Assembly (NCBI GenBank): GCA_023230105.1
Contig: JALNXY010000008.1
Location: forward strand, 28,185 to 92,184
Reading direction: 5' to 3'
From: Verrucomicrobiota bacterium
GTDB taxonomy: Bacteria > Verrucomicrobiota > Verrucomicrobiia > Limisphaerales > UBA1412
DNA: 64,000 bases
A program made the translations under genes and the position numbers. The notes under the pieces are model-generated. The model saw only the letters and a program-made list of their open reading frames with translations. It ran no database searches and had not been told where the DNA came from. Within the stretch, counting starts at the first letter, position 1, and each line of letters begins with the position of its first letter. Shown here piece after piece: positions 26,479 to 36,995 of the stretch.

Positions 26479-29400
26479 CTATTTTTTAACTTCGGCGGAC
26501 ATTGTTTGACTGGCCAGATACTGATATTTCTGATAACGCTCAGCCGCGTCGGCCGCAGCTTCTTCAGCCAACTTCTGGGCTACCTCAGGATCACTCTTCA
26601 TGAGCATTCTGAAGCGGTTTTCAGAGTTATAGAAGTCCAGGATACTGGCAGCATTCGGATTCGGTTTTGAATCCAGCTGTAACGGGTTAAGCCCGGAAGC
26701 CGCTCGTGTCGGGTCGAATCTATAGAGCAGGAGTAAGCCGGAGTCTACCAGAGCTTTTTGCTGCTTTCCACCCTTTGTCATATTAATACCGTGGTTAATG
26801 CAGTGGCTGTAAGCAATGATAAGTGAGACTCCGTCATAGGCTTCAGCTTCGGCCATTGCTTTCAGCGTTTGATTGTCATTAGCTCCCATAGAGACCGAGG
26901 CTACATAAACGTTACCATAGGTCATAGCGATGAGACCCATATCCTTTTTGGCTAATTTTTTGCCTGAAGCAGAGAATTTGGCGACTGCTCCTTTAGGTGT
27001 AGATTTAGAGCTCTGACCACCGGTGTTGGAATAAACTTCAGTGTCCAGGACGAGAATATTGACGTTTTTGCCGGATGCGAGGACATGATCTAAACCACCG
27101 TAGCCAATATCATAAGCCCATCCGTCGCCACCCAATATCCAAACCGAACGTTTGACAAGCGAGTCGGCCAAGGAGAGCAACATTTTTGCTTCGGGTGTGT
27201 TCAAGGTGAGCAGTTTTTTCTTTAACGCTGAAACTCGTTCACGCTGAGCAGCAATTTCAGCCTCATCATTTTGAGAAGCCTGGGTAATGCTGGTAACCAG
27301 ATCATCGCCAATCACAGATGCGAGCTTAACCAAAAGCTCTTTGGCAAATTCATTTTGTTTGTCTACAGCTAAACGGAAACCTAAGCCAAACTCTGCATTG
27401 TCTTCGAAGAGAGAGTTTGCCCATGCAGGGCCGCGACCCTGTGGGTTTTTCGCGTAGGGTGTTGTTGGCAGATTGCCTCCATAAATGGAACTGCAGCCCG
27501 TTGCGTTAGCTACCAAAAGACGGTCGCCGAAAAGCTGAGTGAGCATTTTGACGTAGGGAGTCTCTCCACAGCCGGGGCACGCGCCGGAAAACTCAAAGAG
27601 AGGACGCATAACCTGCATTTGGCGGAGCATTGTCGTTTTGATCTTAGTGCGGTCCGTGTCAGGCAACGAAAGGAAGAAATCCCAGTTGAGTCCTTCGCTT
27701 TCGCGCAATGGAACTTGCGGCGCCATGTTGATAGCCTTGCCTCCTTCGACGGTTTTGCTCTTGGCCGGGCAGGTCTCTACACAGAGACCGCATCCGGTAC
27801 AATCGTGGGCTGAAACTTGCAGAGTGAATTTTTGTCCTTTGAAGTCGGGTACTTTAGAGTCAGTACTCTTAAAAGTTGACGGAGCCTTTGCCAACTCAGC
27901 TTCATCGTAAAATTTTCCTCGGATAACTGCGTGCGGACAAATCGCAACGCACTTGAGACACTGAATGCAAGACGCAGGATCCCATGTCGGGATTTTTAGA
28001 GCCAGATCCCGTTTTTCATAGCGAGCCGTGTCAGTCGGGAATGCACCATCCAGCACGGGGGTGAAAGCGCTTACAGGCATATCATCTCCGAAACCGGCGA
28101 TGATTGGGCCAAGAACCACTTTAACAAACTCGGTGGCGTCTGAAGCCACAGGCGGAAGAAGTTGTTTATTACCGACGGTCGCAGGAATACTCACTTCAAA
28201 CAAGCATTCCAGAGTTTTATCAACAGCTGCGATATTTTTAGCGACAACCTCATCTCCTTTTTTGCCGTAGGTCTTTTTAATTGAAGCTTTAATTTTTTCA
28301 ATAGCGACATCCTTCGGCAGAACCCCGGATAGCGCAAAGAAACAAACTTGCATGATGGTGTTGATGCGACTTCCCATGCCGGTTTCTTGAGCAACCTTAT
28401 TGGCATCAATAACGAAAAGCCTGGCTTTTTTCTCAATCAAGGACTTTTGCGTTACAGCAGGAAGTGTTTCCCAAACCTTGTCTGCCCCGAACGGAGTGTT
28501 GATCAACAGGGTACCCCCTTCAATCAGATTTGCCGACATATCATACCGATCAGGGAACGTCGGTTGATGGCATGCTACGAAGTTGGCCTTGCTGATTAAG
28601 TAAGAGGAGCGAATGGGATTAGGACCAAAGCGGACGTGAGAAACGGTAATAGATCCAGATTTCTTGGAGTCGTATACGAAATAGCCTTGAGCGTATTGTT
28701 CTTCACCAATGATCTTAATGGTGTTCTTGTTTGCGCCCACGGTACCATCAGAGCCCAATCCATAAAACATGGCGCGGATGACGTTATCCGGCTCGGTAGA
28801 GAAATGTTTATCCACCGGGAGACTGGTATGGGTGACATCGTCCACAATACCCACCGTGAAGTGGTTTTTGGGTGTAGCCTGCGCCAAATTATCATAAACC
28901 GCTTTGACCATAGCAGGAGTGAAATCCTTGGAGGCCAAACCGTAGCGTCCACCCACAATCACGGGCATCCCGTGAGTCAGATGTTTGCATCCGTTTGCTA
29001 AAGCTTCGGCAATACCGCAGAGCACATCCTGGTAAAGAGGCTCACCCGTTGCGCCGGGTTCTTTAGTCCGATCCAAAACTGCAATCTTCTTGGTTGTTGA
29101 AGGCAGCGCACCCACGAAGTCCCGTACACTGAAAGGACGGTACAGTCGAACCTTGAGCAGTCCCAGCTTTGCACCTTTGGCATTGAGTGCGTCCAAGGTT
29201 TCATGAGCAACATCACAGCCCGATCCCATGAGGATAAGAACGTTTTCAGCATCCTTGGCTCCAACGTATTCAAAAAGCTTGTACTGGCGTCCGGTCAATT
29301 GGGCAAACTTGTCCATCTGCTTTTGAACGATCGCAGGGCAGGCATCGTAGAACGGATTGCATCTTTCTCTGCATTGGAAGTAAACGTCCGGGTTTTGAGC

Positions 29401-30054
29401 TGTGCCGTGAATTGAAGGGTTGTCAGGGTTGAGGGAGCGTTGACGATGAGCGATAACTAAATCGTCCTGAATCATCTCTCTCATGATGTCTTCGGAGATT
29501 ACCTCAACTTTGGAAACTTCATGAGAAGTGCGGAAACCATCAAAGAAGTGCATGAAAGGAACACGGGCTTCCAACGTGGCCGCATGGGAGATCAGCGCCA
29601 TATCCATTGCTTCCTGAACTGAGGCAGAACAGAGCATTGCAAAACCGGTGCTGCGGGCGCTCATGACATCACTATGATCTCCAAAGATTGAAAGAGCGTG
29701 AGTAGCCAAAGCACGAGCGGATATATGAAAGACAGTCGGAATTAATTCGCCAGCAATCTTGAACATGTTTGGTATCTTGAGGAGTAGCCCCTGAGATGCA
29801 GTAAAAGTTGTTGTGAGGGAGCCGGTGAGGAGAGAACCATGCACCGTGCCAGCTGCTCCACCCTCGCTTTGCATCTCCATTACGGAGGGGACTGTACCCC
29901 AAAGGTTTTTCACACCCTTAGCTGCCCAAGCATCACACCACTCTGCCATATTGGAAGATGGGGTGATTGGATAAATTCCACATACTTCATTACACCTATA
30001 GGCAACGTAGGCGACCGCCTCGTTCCCGTCCATTGCTACATATTTCTTAGCCAT
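26479..30054 (-). CDS. nifJ: Pyruvate:ferredoxin (flavodoxin) oxidoreductase, single-chain
   Basis: MDGNEAVA, YPITPSS, EMQSEGGAAG, two 4Fe-4S motifs (CIQCLKCVAICP, CTGCGLCVETCP), FSGACPGCGETPY, GGDGWAYDIG (TPP-binding). Confidence 0.97.
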   Translation of the reverse strand: MAKKYVAMDGNEAVAYVAYRCNEVCGIYPITPSSNMAEWCDAWAAKGVKNLWGTVPSVMEMQSEGGAAGTVHGSLLTGSLTTTFTASQGLLLKIPNMFKIAGELIPTVFHISARALATHALSIFGDHSDVMSARSTGFAMLCSASVQEAMDMALISHAATLEARVPFMHFFDGFRTSHEVSKVEVISEDIMREMIQDDLVIAHRQRSLNPDNPSIHGTAQNPDVYFQCRERCNPFYDACPAIVQKQMDKFAQLTGRQYKLFEYVGAKDAENVLILMGSGCDVAHETLDALNAKGAKLGLLKVRLYRPFSVRDFVGALPSTTKKIAVLDRTKEPGATGEPLYQDVLCGIAEALANGCKHLTHGMPVIVGGRYGLASKDFTPAMVKAVYDNLAQATPKNHFTVGIVDDVTHTSLPVDKHFSTEPDNVIRAMFYGLGSDGTVGANKNTIKIIGEEQYAQGYFVYDSKKSGSITVSHVRFGPNPIRSSYLISKANFVACHQPTFPDRYDMSANLIEGGTLLINTPFGADKVWETLPAVTQKSLIEKKARLFVIDANKVAQETGMGSRINTIMQVCFFALSGVLPKDVAIEKIKASIKKTYGKKGDEVVAKNIAAVDKTLECLFEVSIPATVGNKQLLPPVASDATEFVKVVLGPIIAGFGDDMPVSAFTPVLDGAFPTDTARYEKRDLALKIPTWDPASCIQCLKCVAICPHAVIRGKFYDEAELAKAPSTFKSTDSKVPDFKGQKFTLQVSAHDCTGCGLCVETCPAKSKTVEGGKAINMAPQVPLRESEGLNWDFFLSLPDTDRTKIKTTMLRQMQVMRPLFEFSGACPGCGETPYVKMLTQLFGDRLLVANATGCSSIYGGNLPTTPYAKNPQGRGPAWANSLFEDNAEFGLGFRLAVDKQNEFAKELLVKLASVIGDDLVTSITQASQNDEAEIAAQRERVSALKKKLLTLNTPEAKMLLSLADSLVKRSVWILGGDGWAYDIGYGGLDHVLASGKNVNILVLDTEVYSNTGGQSSKSTPKGAVAKFSASGKKLAKKDMGLIAMTYGNVYVASVSMGANDNQTLKAMAEAEAYDGVSLIIAYSHCINHGINMTKGGKQQKALVDSGLLLLYRFDPTRAASGLNPLQLDSKPNPNAASILDFYNSENRFRMLMKSDPEVAQKLAEEAAADAAERYQKYQYLASQTMSAEVKK

Positions 30055-30262
30055 ATATACTGTCAGTTATTGTTAAATTAAACGGCTGTTCCTGCTGACT
30101 TGTGCGAACGAATTCAGCCCCAAAGTCATAGCTGGCACGCTCTTGACGCCTGAGGAGCTATTCTAGCATCTTAAAAGACAGCTAGCCAGAGATTTTTAAT
30201 CAGAATTTTGTAATTGATTAAAGATAAAAAGGTTAAGGGGTTCAAGGGGGGGCTGAGAATAT

Positions 30263-30955
30263 TCAGTTTCTCAAACTCCCATCAACAATGTGGAGAGTTT
30301 GATTTGCTTGAGCGGCGATGTCCAAATCGTGAGTCGCAATAACGAGTGTGCAGGAACGTTCACTGCGTAGCGCCAGAAGTAAATCCAAAATCTCTCTCCC
30401 AGTTTGAGAATCCAGGTTTCCGGTGGGTTCATCTGCGATCAGGAGGGATGGATCATTGATAAGAGAGCGGGCAATTGCGACTCTTTGTTGTTCTCCGCCC
30501 GATAGCTCGGAGGGGCGATGTGCTATTCGGTTAGCGAGGCCCACCTGACTGAGCAATTCAATACCGCGATTTTTGACCTCAGCGTAGGGGCGTCGTGCAA
30601 TTCGGGCCGGGATAATCACGTTTTCCAGGGCATCGAATTCAGGCAGTAAGTGATAGGATTGAAAAACGAAACCAATTTTGTGGTTACGAATTTTGGCCAA
30701 ATCATAGTCGCTCATCCGTTCGGTTTCTTTGTCTTCCAGGACGATACTTCCGGCATCAGGCCGGTCTAACATTCCTATCAAGTTTAAGAGCGTAGATTTG
30801 CCGGCACCCGAAGCACCCTGTAAAGCGACGAATTCTCCCGGTTTCACGGAAAAGGAGATGTCTTTGAGGATATCAAGCTTCCGGGGCCCAATCATAAAAG
30901 ACTTATAGAGCCCCGAAACTTGAAGCAAGGAAGGCGAAAAGGGAGTGTTATTCAT
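30263..30955 (-). CDS. lolD: Lipoprotein-releasing ABC transporter ATP-binding protein
   Basis: Walker [43 protein letters not shown]; overlaps lolC/E. Confidence 0.9.
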   Translation of the reverse strand: MNNTPFSPSLLQVSGLYKSFMIGPRKLDILKDISFSVKPGEFVALQGASGAGKSTLLNLIGMLDRPDAGSIVLEDKETERMSDYDLAKIRNHKIGFVFQSYHLLPEFDALENVIIPARIARRPYAEVKNRGIELLSQVGLANRIAHRPSELSGGEQQRVAIARSLINDPSLLIADEPTGNLDSQTGREILDLLLALRSERSCTLVIATHDLDIAAQANQTLHIVDGSLRN

Positions 30956-32216
30956 GGCGCAGGGAGGTGACGGGGTGCTGACGACTGGCGTAAGCAGCCG
31001 GGAGAATGCCTGAAAGCAGGCAAATTAAAAGTGAACCTCCGCAGATCATGATAATATCTGAAGGGATAATCAGTGCCGGTAGTTCAGAAAAGAAATAAAG
31101 TTCCGCCGGAAAAAGTTCAAAGCCGGTCATCCGGTTCATAAACTGTAAAAACTCATTTCGGAAGGCGATGGCAGTCATTCCCAGAGAAAAGCCACAAATG
31201 ACACCTATAACGCCGACCATCAGACTCTGGCTTAGGAAAATGAACAGAATCTGAAGACGAGTGGCTCCGACAGCTTTTAGAAGGCCTATTTCCCGGGTTT
31301 TCTGAAAAACAAAAGTAATCAAAGCGTTTGCGATCCCAAAACCGGCTACAATCATGATCAGGAAAAGGATATAGAACATTACATTTTTTTCCACAGCCAG
31401 AGCCCCTACAATTTGGGAGTTCTCCTGCATCCAGGTAGAGGTCTGGTAGGCAGATCCGAGAACAGTTTTTATTTCCTCAGCCACTGGTGTGACAAGCTGC
31501 GGATCATCAAGCATCACCAGTAACCCTTGAGCGGATTCATCCATATCAAACAGCTCTTGAAAGTTCAGCATTGAGGTGATCAGAAAGGCAGAATTATATT
31601 CGTAAAAACCAACGTCATAGATTCCCTTAATCTCATAATTATCGGCCAGTATGGCTTCGGGTTGCCCCTCTTCCTGGCTGAGTTTCATCTTTTGCATTTG
31701 AGACGGGCTGTAAAGAGCTACGACATCGCCCACCCGAAGATGAAAATTACGCGCCATGACAGTTCCTATGAGAATGCCGCGCCCGGAAACGTCAAATTGC
31801 CCCTCTATGATGCTGCTGGGCAAAACGCTGACTTGCCTTTCCAGATCGGCTTCAACGCCTCTCAAATAAGGTGCCATTCCTTGAGCCGCCCCAATGTTGG
31901 GCTGAGTTTCCATCCAGACTTGTCCCAGAGTGAAGGGAGCCACAGCTCGGATGTGCTCGACATTGCGTATTTTTTCGGCCGTTTTTTCGTAGTCTCTCAT
32001 CTCACCCGAGCGCGAATAAACCTTAATGTGAGGATTGAACCCTAATATTTTGTCATGAAGGTCTTGGTCAAATCCGCTCATCACGCTCATCACGATAATG
32101 AGGACCGCAACGCCCAAGGTGACACCGATGGTGGAGATAACCGTGATCACCGAGACGAAGGTGCGTTTCGGTTTTAAGTATCGAAGACTTAGCAGCAGTT
32201 CAAAAGGGAGCCGCAT
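30948..32216 (-). CDS. Lipoprotein-releasing ABC transporter permease LolC/E
   Basis: LRYLKPKRTFVSVITVISTIGVTLGVAVLIIVMSVMSGF; KTREIGLLKAVGA; C-terminal helices. Confidence 0.9.
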   Translation of the reverse strand: MRLPFELLLSLRYLKPKRTFVSVITVISTIGVTLGVAVLIIVMSVMSGFDQDLHDKILGFNPHIKVYSRSGEMRDYEKTAEKIRNVEHIRAVAPFTLGQVWMETQPNIGAAQGMAPYLRGVEADLERQVSVLPSSIIEGQFDVSGRGILIGTVMARNFHLRVGDVVALYSPSQMQKMKLSQEEGQPEAILADNYEIKGIYDVGFYEYNSAFLITSMLNFQELFDMDESAQGLLVMLDDPQLVTPVAEEIKTVLGSAYQTSTWMQENSQIVGALAVEKNVMFYILFLIMIVAGFGIANALITFVFQKTREIGLLKAVGATRLQILFIFLSQSLMVGVIGVICGFSLGMTAIAFRNEFLQFMNRMTGFELFPAELYFFSELPALIIPSDIIMICGGSLLICLLSGILPAAYASRQHPVTSLRHE

Positions 32217-32520
32217 CGGGAAAGAGATTACTGTTTTTACCGGGAATACTCAATCACTAGATGAACTCTTTCTCCCAAGTCCGGTTTTCAACGCTTAATT
32301 TAGAGTAGGTCGGGATGATAAATTTGAAAGTGCGCAGAGTGGGGGGCCTCAGCATTTAATCTTCCGATGTTCGAGTGCTATCTGGGATGATCGGATGAAG
32401 CGTTCTCATTTTATCCCTTTTTTAATGAAATATTTACTAGTCCAGAGAGGGCTTTCCTTTTAGAAAGTCCGATTGAGGTCCCCCTTTGTTGCCGGATAAA
32501 ATAAATACTGTCAACAACCT

Positions 32521-32550
32521 TTGACTTTTATATGCTGTTTTGAGTAGAAT
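32521..32550 (+). promoter_or_regulatory. Putative sigma70 promoter of pgk-tpiA-secG
   Basis: TTGACT-18 nt-TAGAAT, 38 nt upstream of the pgk ATG. Confidence 0.55.
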
Positions 32551-32588
32551 GAGCCGGCTTGTGGGGCAGAGACCCCTTGGAATAAAAT

Positions 32589-33866
32589 ATGGCAAAACTT
32601 ACGCTGAAAGATTTGGAGGCACACGGCAAGCAGGTGTTTGTGCGTGTGGATTATAACGTACCTTTGGAAGAGAAGGGTGGAGTGATGGTTATTACCGACG
32701 ACACTCGGATACGTGCGACTCTGCCCACGCTGGAACATCTTATTAAGGATGGCGCAAAGGTTATTCTTGCCGCTCACTTGGGTCGCCCCAAGGGCAAGCG
32801 TGAGCCCTCGATGTCGCTGGCCCCTGTGTCCGTCCGATTGGGCGAACTTCTTGGCAAGAAGGTGGGTTTTGTAGAAGATTGTGTTGGTGAAAAGGTCGAA
32901 AAGGCCGTAGCGGCTATGAAACAGGGAGATGTGATTCTTCTGGAAAATGTTCGCTATTATGCTGAGGAAGAAGCCAATGACCCCGTTTTCGCAGAAAAGT
33001 TGGCCAAGGTGGCCGAGCTCTATGTAAATGATGCGTTTGGTGCCGCACACCGTGCCCATGCTTCTACCGAGGGTATTGCGAAGATTGTATCGTCCAAGGG
33101 AGGACAGTGCGCTGCTGGTTTTTTGATGGAGCGCGAGCTTAAGTTCCTGGGTGAAGAGTTGGATAATGCAGCTCGTCCTTTCGTGGTGATTTTGGGTGGA
33201 GCCAAGGTTTCCGATAAGATTACCGTGATTGACAGATTGCTTGAGAAGGCTGATACGATTTTGATTGGTGGGGCTATGGCCTATACTTTTCGCCTGGCTC
33301 AGGGATATAAAGTCGGTAAGTCCTTGGTAGAGCCTGATAAGGTAGATATCGCCAAGGAAGCGTTGAATAAGGCTGCTGCCAAGGGTGTTAAATTCCTCTT
33401 GCCGGTGGACGACATTGTGGCGACGCCTGTCAAGAGCGAAAAGCTGGATAAGAAGGGCAAGCCTGTAATTGAATGGCAGAACCCGGCTGAAAATCCCAGC
33501 ATGGATTGTGCGGATAATGTGGCTGGTTTGGACGTGGGTCCCAAAACGATAGAACTCTTCTCAGCAGAAGTTGCCAAGGCTAAGACAATTCTTTGGAATG
33601 GCCCTATGGGGCTGTTCGAAGACAAGCGTTTTGCTCAAGGCACCTTTGGTGTGGCAAAGGCTGTTGCCGAAGTCACAGAAAAGAGTGGTGCAAAGAGCAT
33701 CATAGGAGGTGGCGATAGCGTCAAGGCGATTAATCAGTCTGGTCTGGGTTCTAAAGTGACTTTCATGAGCACTGGTGGCGGGGCTAGCTTGGAATTTTTG
33801 GAAGGGAAAGTTCTCCCCGGCGTAGCAGCTTTGAGCGAAAAAACCTGCCGTGGTTGCTGTAAATAA
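32589..33866 (+). CDS. pgk: Phosphoglycerate kinase
   Basis: RVDYNVP, HLGRPKG, LLENVRY, VNDAFGAAHRAHAS, GGAKVSDK, STGGGASLEFLEG. Confidence 0.98.
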   Translation: MAKLTLKDLEAHGKQVFVRVDYNVPLEEKGGVMVITDDTRIRATLPTLEHLIKDGAKVILAAHLGRPKGKREPSMSLAPVSVRLGELLGKKVGFVEDCVGEKVEKAVAAMKQGDVILLENVRYYAEEEANDPVFAEKLAKVAELYVNDAFGAAHRAHASTEGIAKIVSSKGGQCAAGFLMERELKFLGEELDNAARPFVVILGGAKVSDKITVIDRLLEKADTILIGGAMAYTFRLAQGYKVGKSLVEPDKVDIAKEALNKAAAKGVKFLLPVDDIVATPVKSEKLDKKGKPVIEWQNPAENPSMDCADNVAGLDVGPKTIELFSAEVAKAKTILWNGPMGLFEDKRFAQGTFGVAKAVAEVTEKSGAKSIIGGGDSVKAINQSGLGSKVTFMSTGGGASLEFLEGKVLPGVAALSEKTCRGCCK

Positions 33867-33905
33867 CGTTCCTTTTAAGATAGAAAACTATAATTTTTAA
33901 AACAG

Positions 33906-34670
33906 ATGGATAAAGAAAGAAAATTGCTCATTGCCGGAAACTGGAAAATGAACAAGACCGTGGCGGAAGCCATTGACCTTGTTGACGGCCTTGTTCGCGA
34001 ACTTGCCAATGTGAAAGAAGTGGATATCGTTGTGTGTCCCCCATTCACCGCATTGCATGCTGTTTCCAAAAAGGTTTTGGATACCCAGGTTCGTTTGGGA
34101 GCGCAAACCATGAATGAGAATGGCTACGGCGCTTTCACGGGCGAAGTGAACGCAGGAATGCTCAAGGAGTTTTCTGTGCGTTACGTGATTTTGGGTCACT
34201 CCGAGCGTCGCCAGTATTATGCCGAGACAAACGCTTTGATCGCAAAGAAGGCATTAGCTGCTCATGCAGCAGCGCTGAAGCCGATTGTTTGCGTGGGTGA
34301 AACCCTTGCCGAGCGTGAGGCCGGAAAGGCCGAAGCGGTAATCGGAACTCAAGTCAAAGGTAGCCTGGCTGGACTAAGTGCTGCTCAGATGGAAGAAACA
34401 GTGATTGCTTACGAGCCTGTCTGGGCCATCGGAACTGGTAAAACTGCTACCTCTGCGCAGGCACAAGAGATTCACCTTTTCATTCGCGAAACACTGGTAC
34501 AGATGTTTGGCGAATCAGTGGCTAAGAAGGTTCGGATTCTTTACGGAGGCAGCGTGAAGCCGGGTAATGCGCGTGAAATAATGAGTCAGCCTGATGTGGA
34601 TGGCGCATTAGTGGGCGGTGCGGCTCTGGAAGTACGCAGCTTCTCTGACATAGTTAAAAACAGTATTTAA
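33906..34670 (+). CDS. tpiA: Triosephosphate isomerase
   Basis: AGNWKMN, GHSERR, AYEPVWAIGTG, LYGGSVK, DGALVGGA. Confidence 0.98.
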   Translation: MDKERKLLIAGNWKMNKTVAEAIDLVDGLVRELANVKEVDIVVCPPFTALHAVSKKVLDTQVRLGAQTMNENGYGAFTGEVNAGMLKEFSVRYVILGHSERRQYYAETNALIAKKALAAHAAALKPIVCVGETLAEREAGKAEAVIGTQVKGSLAGLSAAQMEETVIAYEPVWAIGTGKTATSAQAQEIHLFIRETLVQMFGESVAKKVRILYGGSVKPGNAREIMSQPDVDGALVGGAALEVRSFSDIVKNSI

Positions 34671-34675
34671 TCGTT

Positions 34676-35131
34676 ATGGAATTTATTGTTGGTTTATTCA
34701 GGTTTATCCTGTTTGTAGACTGCGCTCTTTTGATCCTCTTGGTGCTAATTCAGCTTCCTAAAAAAGAGGCGGGATTGGGAGTCGCTTTTGGTGGAGCCGC
34801 TACGGATGCTCTTTTTGGAGCAGGAGCCGGTAATGCCATTACTAAACTCACCAAGTGGTGCGCTGTATTTTTCTTCGTACTTTCCTTGGGCATAGCTGTT
34901 GCGGACTCTCATTATGCAAAAGCTCAGAGAGAAGCTATAAGCCGTCAAATGTTAAAGGTGGAGTCTGAAACGCCGTCTACCGTTGCTGATAATGCTAAGG
35001 CGACAACGCTGAATGCACCTGTTGCGACGCCAGACGCTGCTTCCAAGGAGGTAGCTCCCTCTCAAAACACTTCACCAACTGAAGAATCAACAAATGCTGC
35101 GGCTCCCGCAGAGCCGATAAAAACCGAATAA
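34676..35131 (+). CDS. secG: Preprotein translocase subunit SecG with an Ala/Thr/Pro-rich tail
   Basis: Two transmembrane helices, LVLIQ...GLG.AFGG...FG....N.ITK.T; canonical position after tpiA. Confidence 0.9.
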   Translation: MEFIVGLFRFILFVDCALLILLVLIQLPKKEAGLGVAFGGAATDALFGAGAGNAITKLTKWCAVFFFVLSLGIAVADSHYAKAQREAISRQMLKVESETPSTVADNAKATTLNAPVATPDAASKEVAPSQNTSPTEESTNAAAPAEPIKTE

Positions 35132-35179
35132 TCAGTTTTTAAAAAGACAGTGTCCTAACGCCGCAAAACCTTTATTGGA

Positions 35180-36817
35180 TTGCGGCGTTTGTCTTGTAAG
35201 ACGGTGAGAGTGTCAAAAATTAAAAGCCTATCTGAATATTTTCTTCTCACTCTTCTGGGAATGATCATCTTATCCGGGTGCTCATTTCAGGAGTCTGCAG
35301 AGCTCGTGATTATTAATGGAGCGGAGCCGGAGTCTCTGGACCCGGCTATTGTTACTGGTCAACCTGATATCCGTGCTGCCAGCGCCTTATTTGTGGGATT
35401 AACCAGCCCGAATCCTTTAACGGGCCTTCCTGAAGCTTGTCTGGCTGAAAGCTGGGAAATTTCTCCCGATGCCAAAGCCTATACTTTTCACCTTCGTCCG
35501 GAAATTCTCTGGAGCACAGGCGAGCCCATAACGGCACAAGACTTTTTTTATTCATGGGTTAGAGTTCTTGACCCGGCAACGGCCTCGCCCTATGCCAGTG
35601 TCCTTTTCCCTGTATTGAATGCCGAAGAGTTTAATGCAGGGAAAATTAAGGATGTATCGCTTCTTGGTTTGAAGGTTTTAGACAGCACTACTTTTCAGAT
35701 TCAACTGAGGCTACCCACGGCTTATTTTTTGGATTTATGTGCGATGCCGATTTTGGCTGTTGTTCCATCGTTTGCGATTCAACTTAATCCAGATCAGTGG
35801 ATACGATCTCAATCTTTGCCCGTTAGTGGTCCTTACATGCTGGGGAAATGGCTTTTGAATGACCGGATCAGACTTTATAAAAATCCTCTTTATTGGGATG
35901 CTGCTCACACCCGTTGCTCTATAGTCGACCTGCTGCCTATTGGTTCCAGCGTCACAGCAATGAATCTTTATCACCAGGGTAAAGTGGACCTTTTATGGGA
36001 TAAGGAGCTGATTCCGGCCGACCTTCTGGATCTAATGCTGGAGCGCCCTGATGTCCATCCTTTTGACTATCTTGGGAATTATTTTGTTCGGATTAATGTA
36101 ACACGTTCACCCTTTAACGATCCAAAGGTTAGAAAGGCATTTTCTCTGGCGATTGATAGAAACGCATTGGTGACCCGTGTGACCCGTGCTGGAGAGACTC
36201 CGTCATCTCATTTTACACCTGACTTTTGCGCAAATTACGTTCCCCCAGATGGCTTGGGCTATAACCCTGAACTGGCCAGGCAGCTATTAGCCGAGGCTGG
36301 GTATTCGAATGGTGAGGGATTTCCTCCTGTAACCTATCTTTTTAATGCGGCAGCAGGCGGAAGCGCTAAAATTCATCAAAAAGTGGCAGTAGAACTTCAG
36401 CGGATGTGGAAAAACCAACTGAATGTAACTGTTAATTTGAGACAGGCTGAATGGAAAGCGTTCCTATCTATGGTAAATAATTTGGATTATGATCTGTGCC
36501 GAGCCAGTTGGGTGGGCGATTATAATGACGCAACGACTTTTCTGAATCTATTTACTTCTCATAGTGGTAATAACCGCACAGGATGGCACAGTCAGGAATA
36601 TGACACACTTTTGAGTAGATCAGACCAGGAACTTAATATTGAAAAAAGGGCGCTTATCTTGAAAGAAGCTGAATTTTTGCTGATAAACGAGGAACTGCCG
36701 ATAATCCCCCTTTATTTTTACAAAGGAATCCTTTGCTTTGATACTAACAAAATTGAAGGTATATACCCGAACCCGATAGACCGACATCCGATTAACTACA
36801 TCGGCAAGAAAAGATAG
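35180..36817 (+). CDS. Peptide ABC transporter substrate-binding lipoprotein (OppA family); true start probably downstream of 35180
   Basis: Lipobox ILSGC; GAEPESLDP, LAESWEISPD..AYTFHLR, VSGPY, PFNDPKVRKA, WVGDYNDA. Confidence 0.88.
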   Translation: MRRLSCKTVRVSKIKSLSEYFLLTLLGMIILSGCSFQESAELVIINGAEPESLDPAIVTGQPDIRAASALFVGLTSPNPLTGLPEACLAESWEISPDAKAYTFHLRPEILWSTGEPITAQDFFYSWVRVLDPATASPYASVLFPVLNAEEFNAGKIKDVSLLGLKVLDSTTFQIQLRLPTAYFLDLCAMPILAVVPSFAIQLNPDQWIRSQSLPVSGPYMLGKWLLNDRIRLYKNPLYWDAAHTRCSIVDLLPIGSSVTAMNLYHQGKVDLLWDKELIPADLLDLMLERPDVHPFDYLGNYFVRINVTRSPFNDPKVRKAFSLAIDRNALVTRVTRAGETPSSHFTPDFCANYVPPDGLGYNPELARQLLAEAGYSNGEGFPPVTYLFNAAAGGSAKIHQKVAVELQRMWKNQLNVTVNLRQAEWKAFLSMVNNLDYDLCRASWVGDYNDATTFLNLFTSHSGNNRTGWHSQEYDTLLSRSDQELNIEKRALILKEAEFLLINEELPIIPLYFYKGILCFDTNKIEGIYPNPIDRHPINYIGKKR

Positions 36818-36884
36818 TATTTAATTTTCAATCCGTAGCTCTGAGTTGGTTATGCGCCTATCGGGAGCGGAAAGAAGGCCGCGT

Positions 36885-36911
36885 AAAACATCTCATAGAC
36901 TGGTGTTTTTT
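36885..36911 (+). terminator. Weak possible terminator after the OppA gene
   Basis: AAAACATC-9 nt-GGTGTTTT followed by TT. Confidence 0.3.
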
Positions 36912-36995
36912 ATTTAAAATGTCCTCACGTTTCTGACATACTGGAGTCTGCGGAGGGAATGCAGGTTGTTCCTTGAAACGACACCGCCAGAAGAG

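Noticed and set aside
30163-30185. Imperfect palindrome CTAGC..GCTAG upstream of PFOR as an FNR/Rex site
   Set aside because: Does not match TTGAT-N4-ATCAA or TTGTGAA-N4-TTCACAA; too short and imperfect to call.
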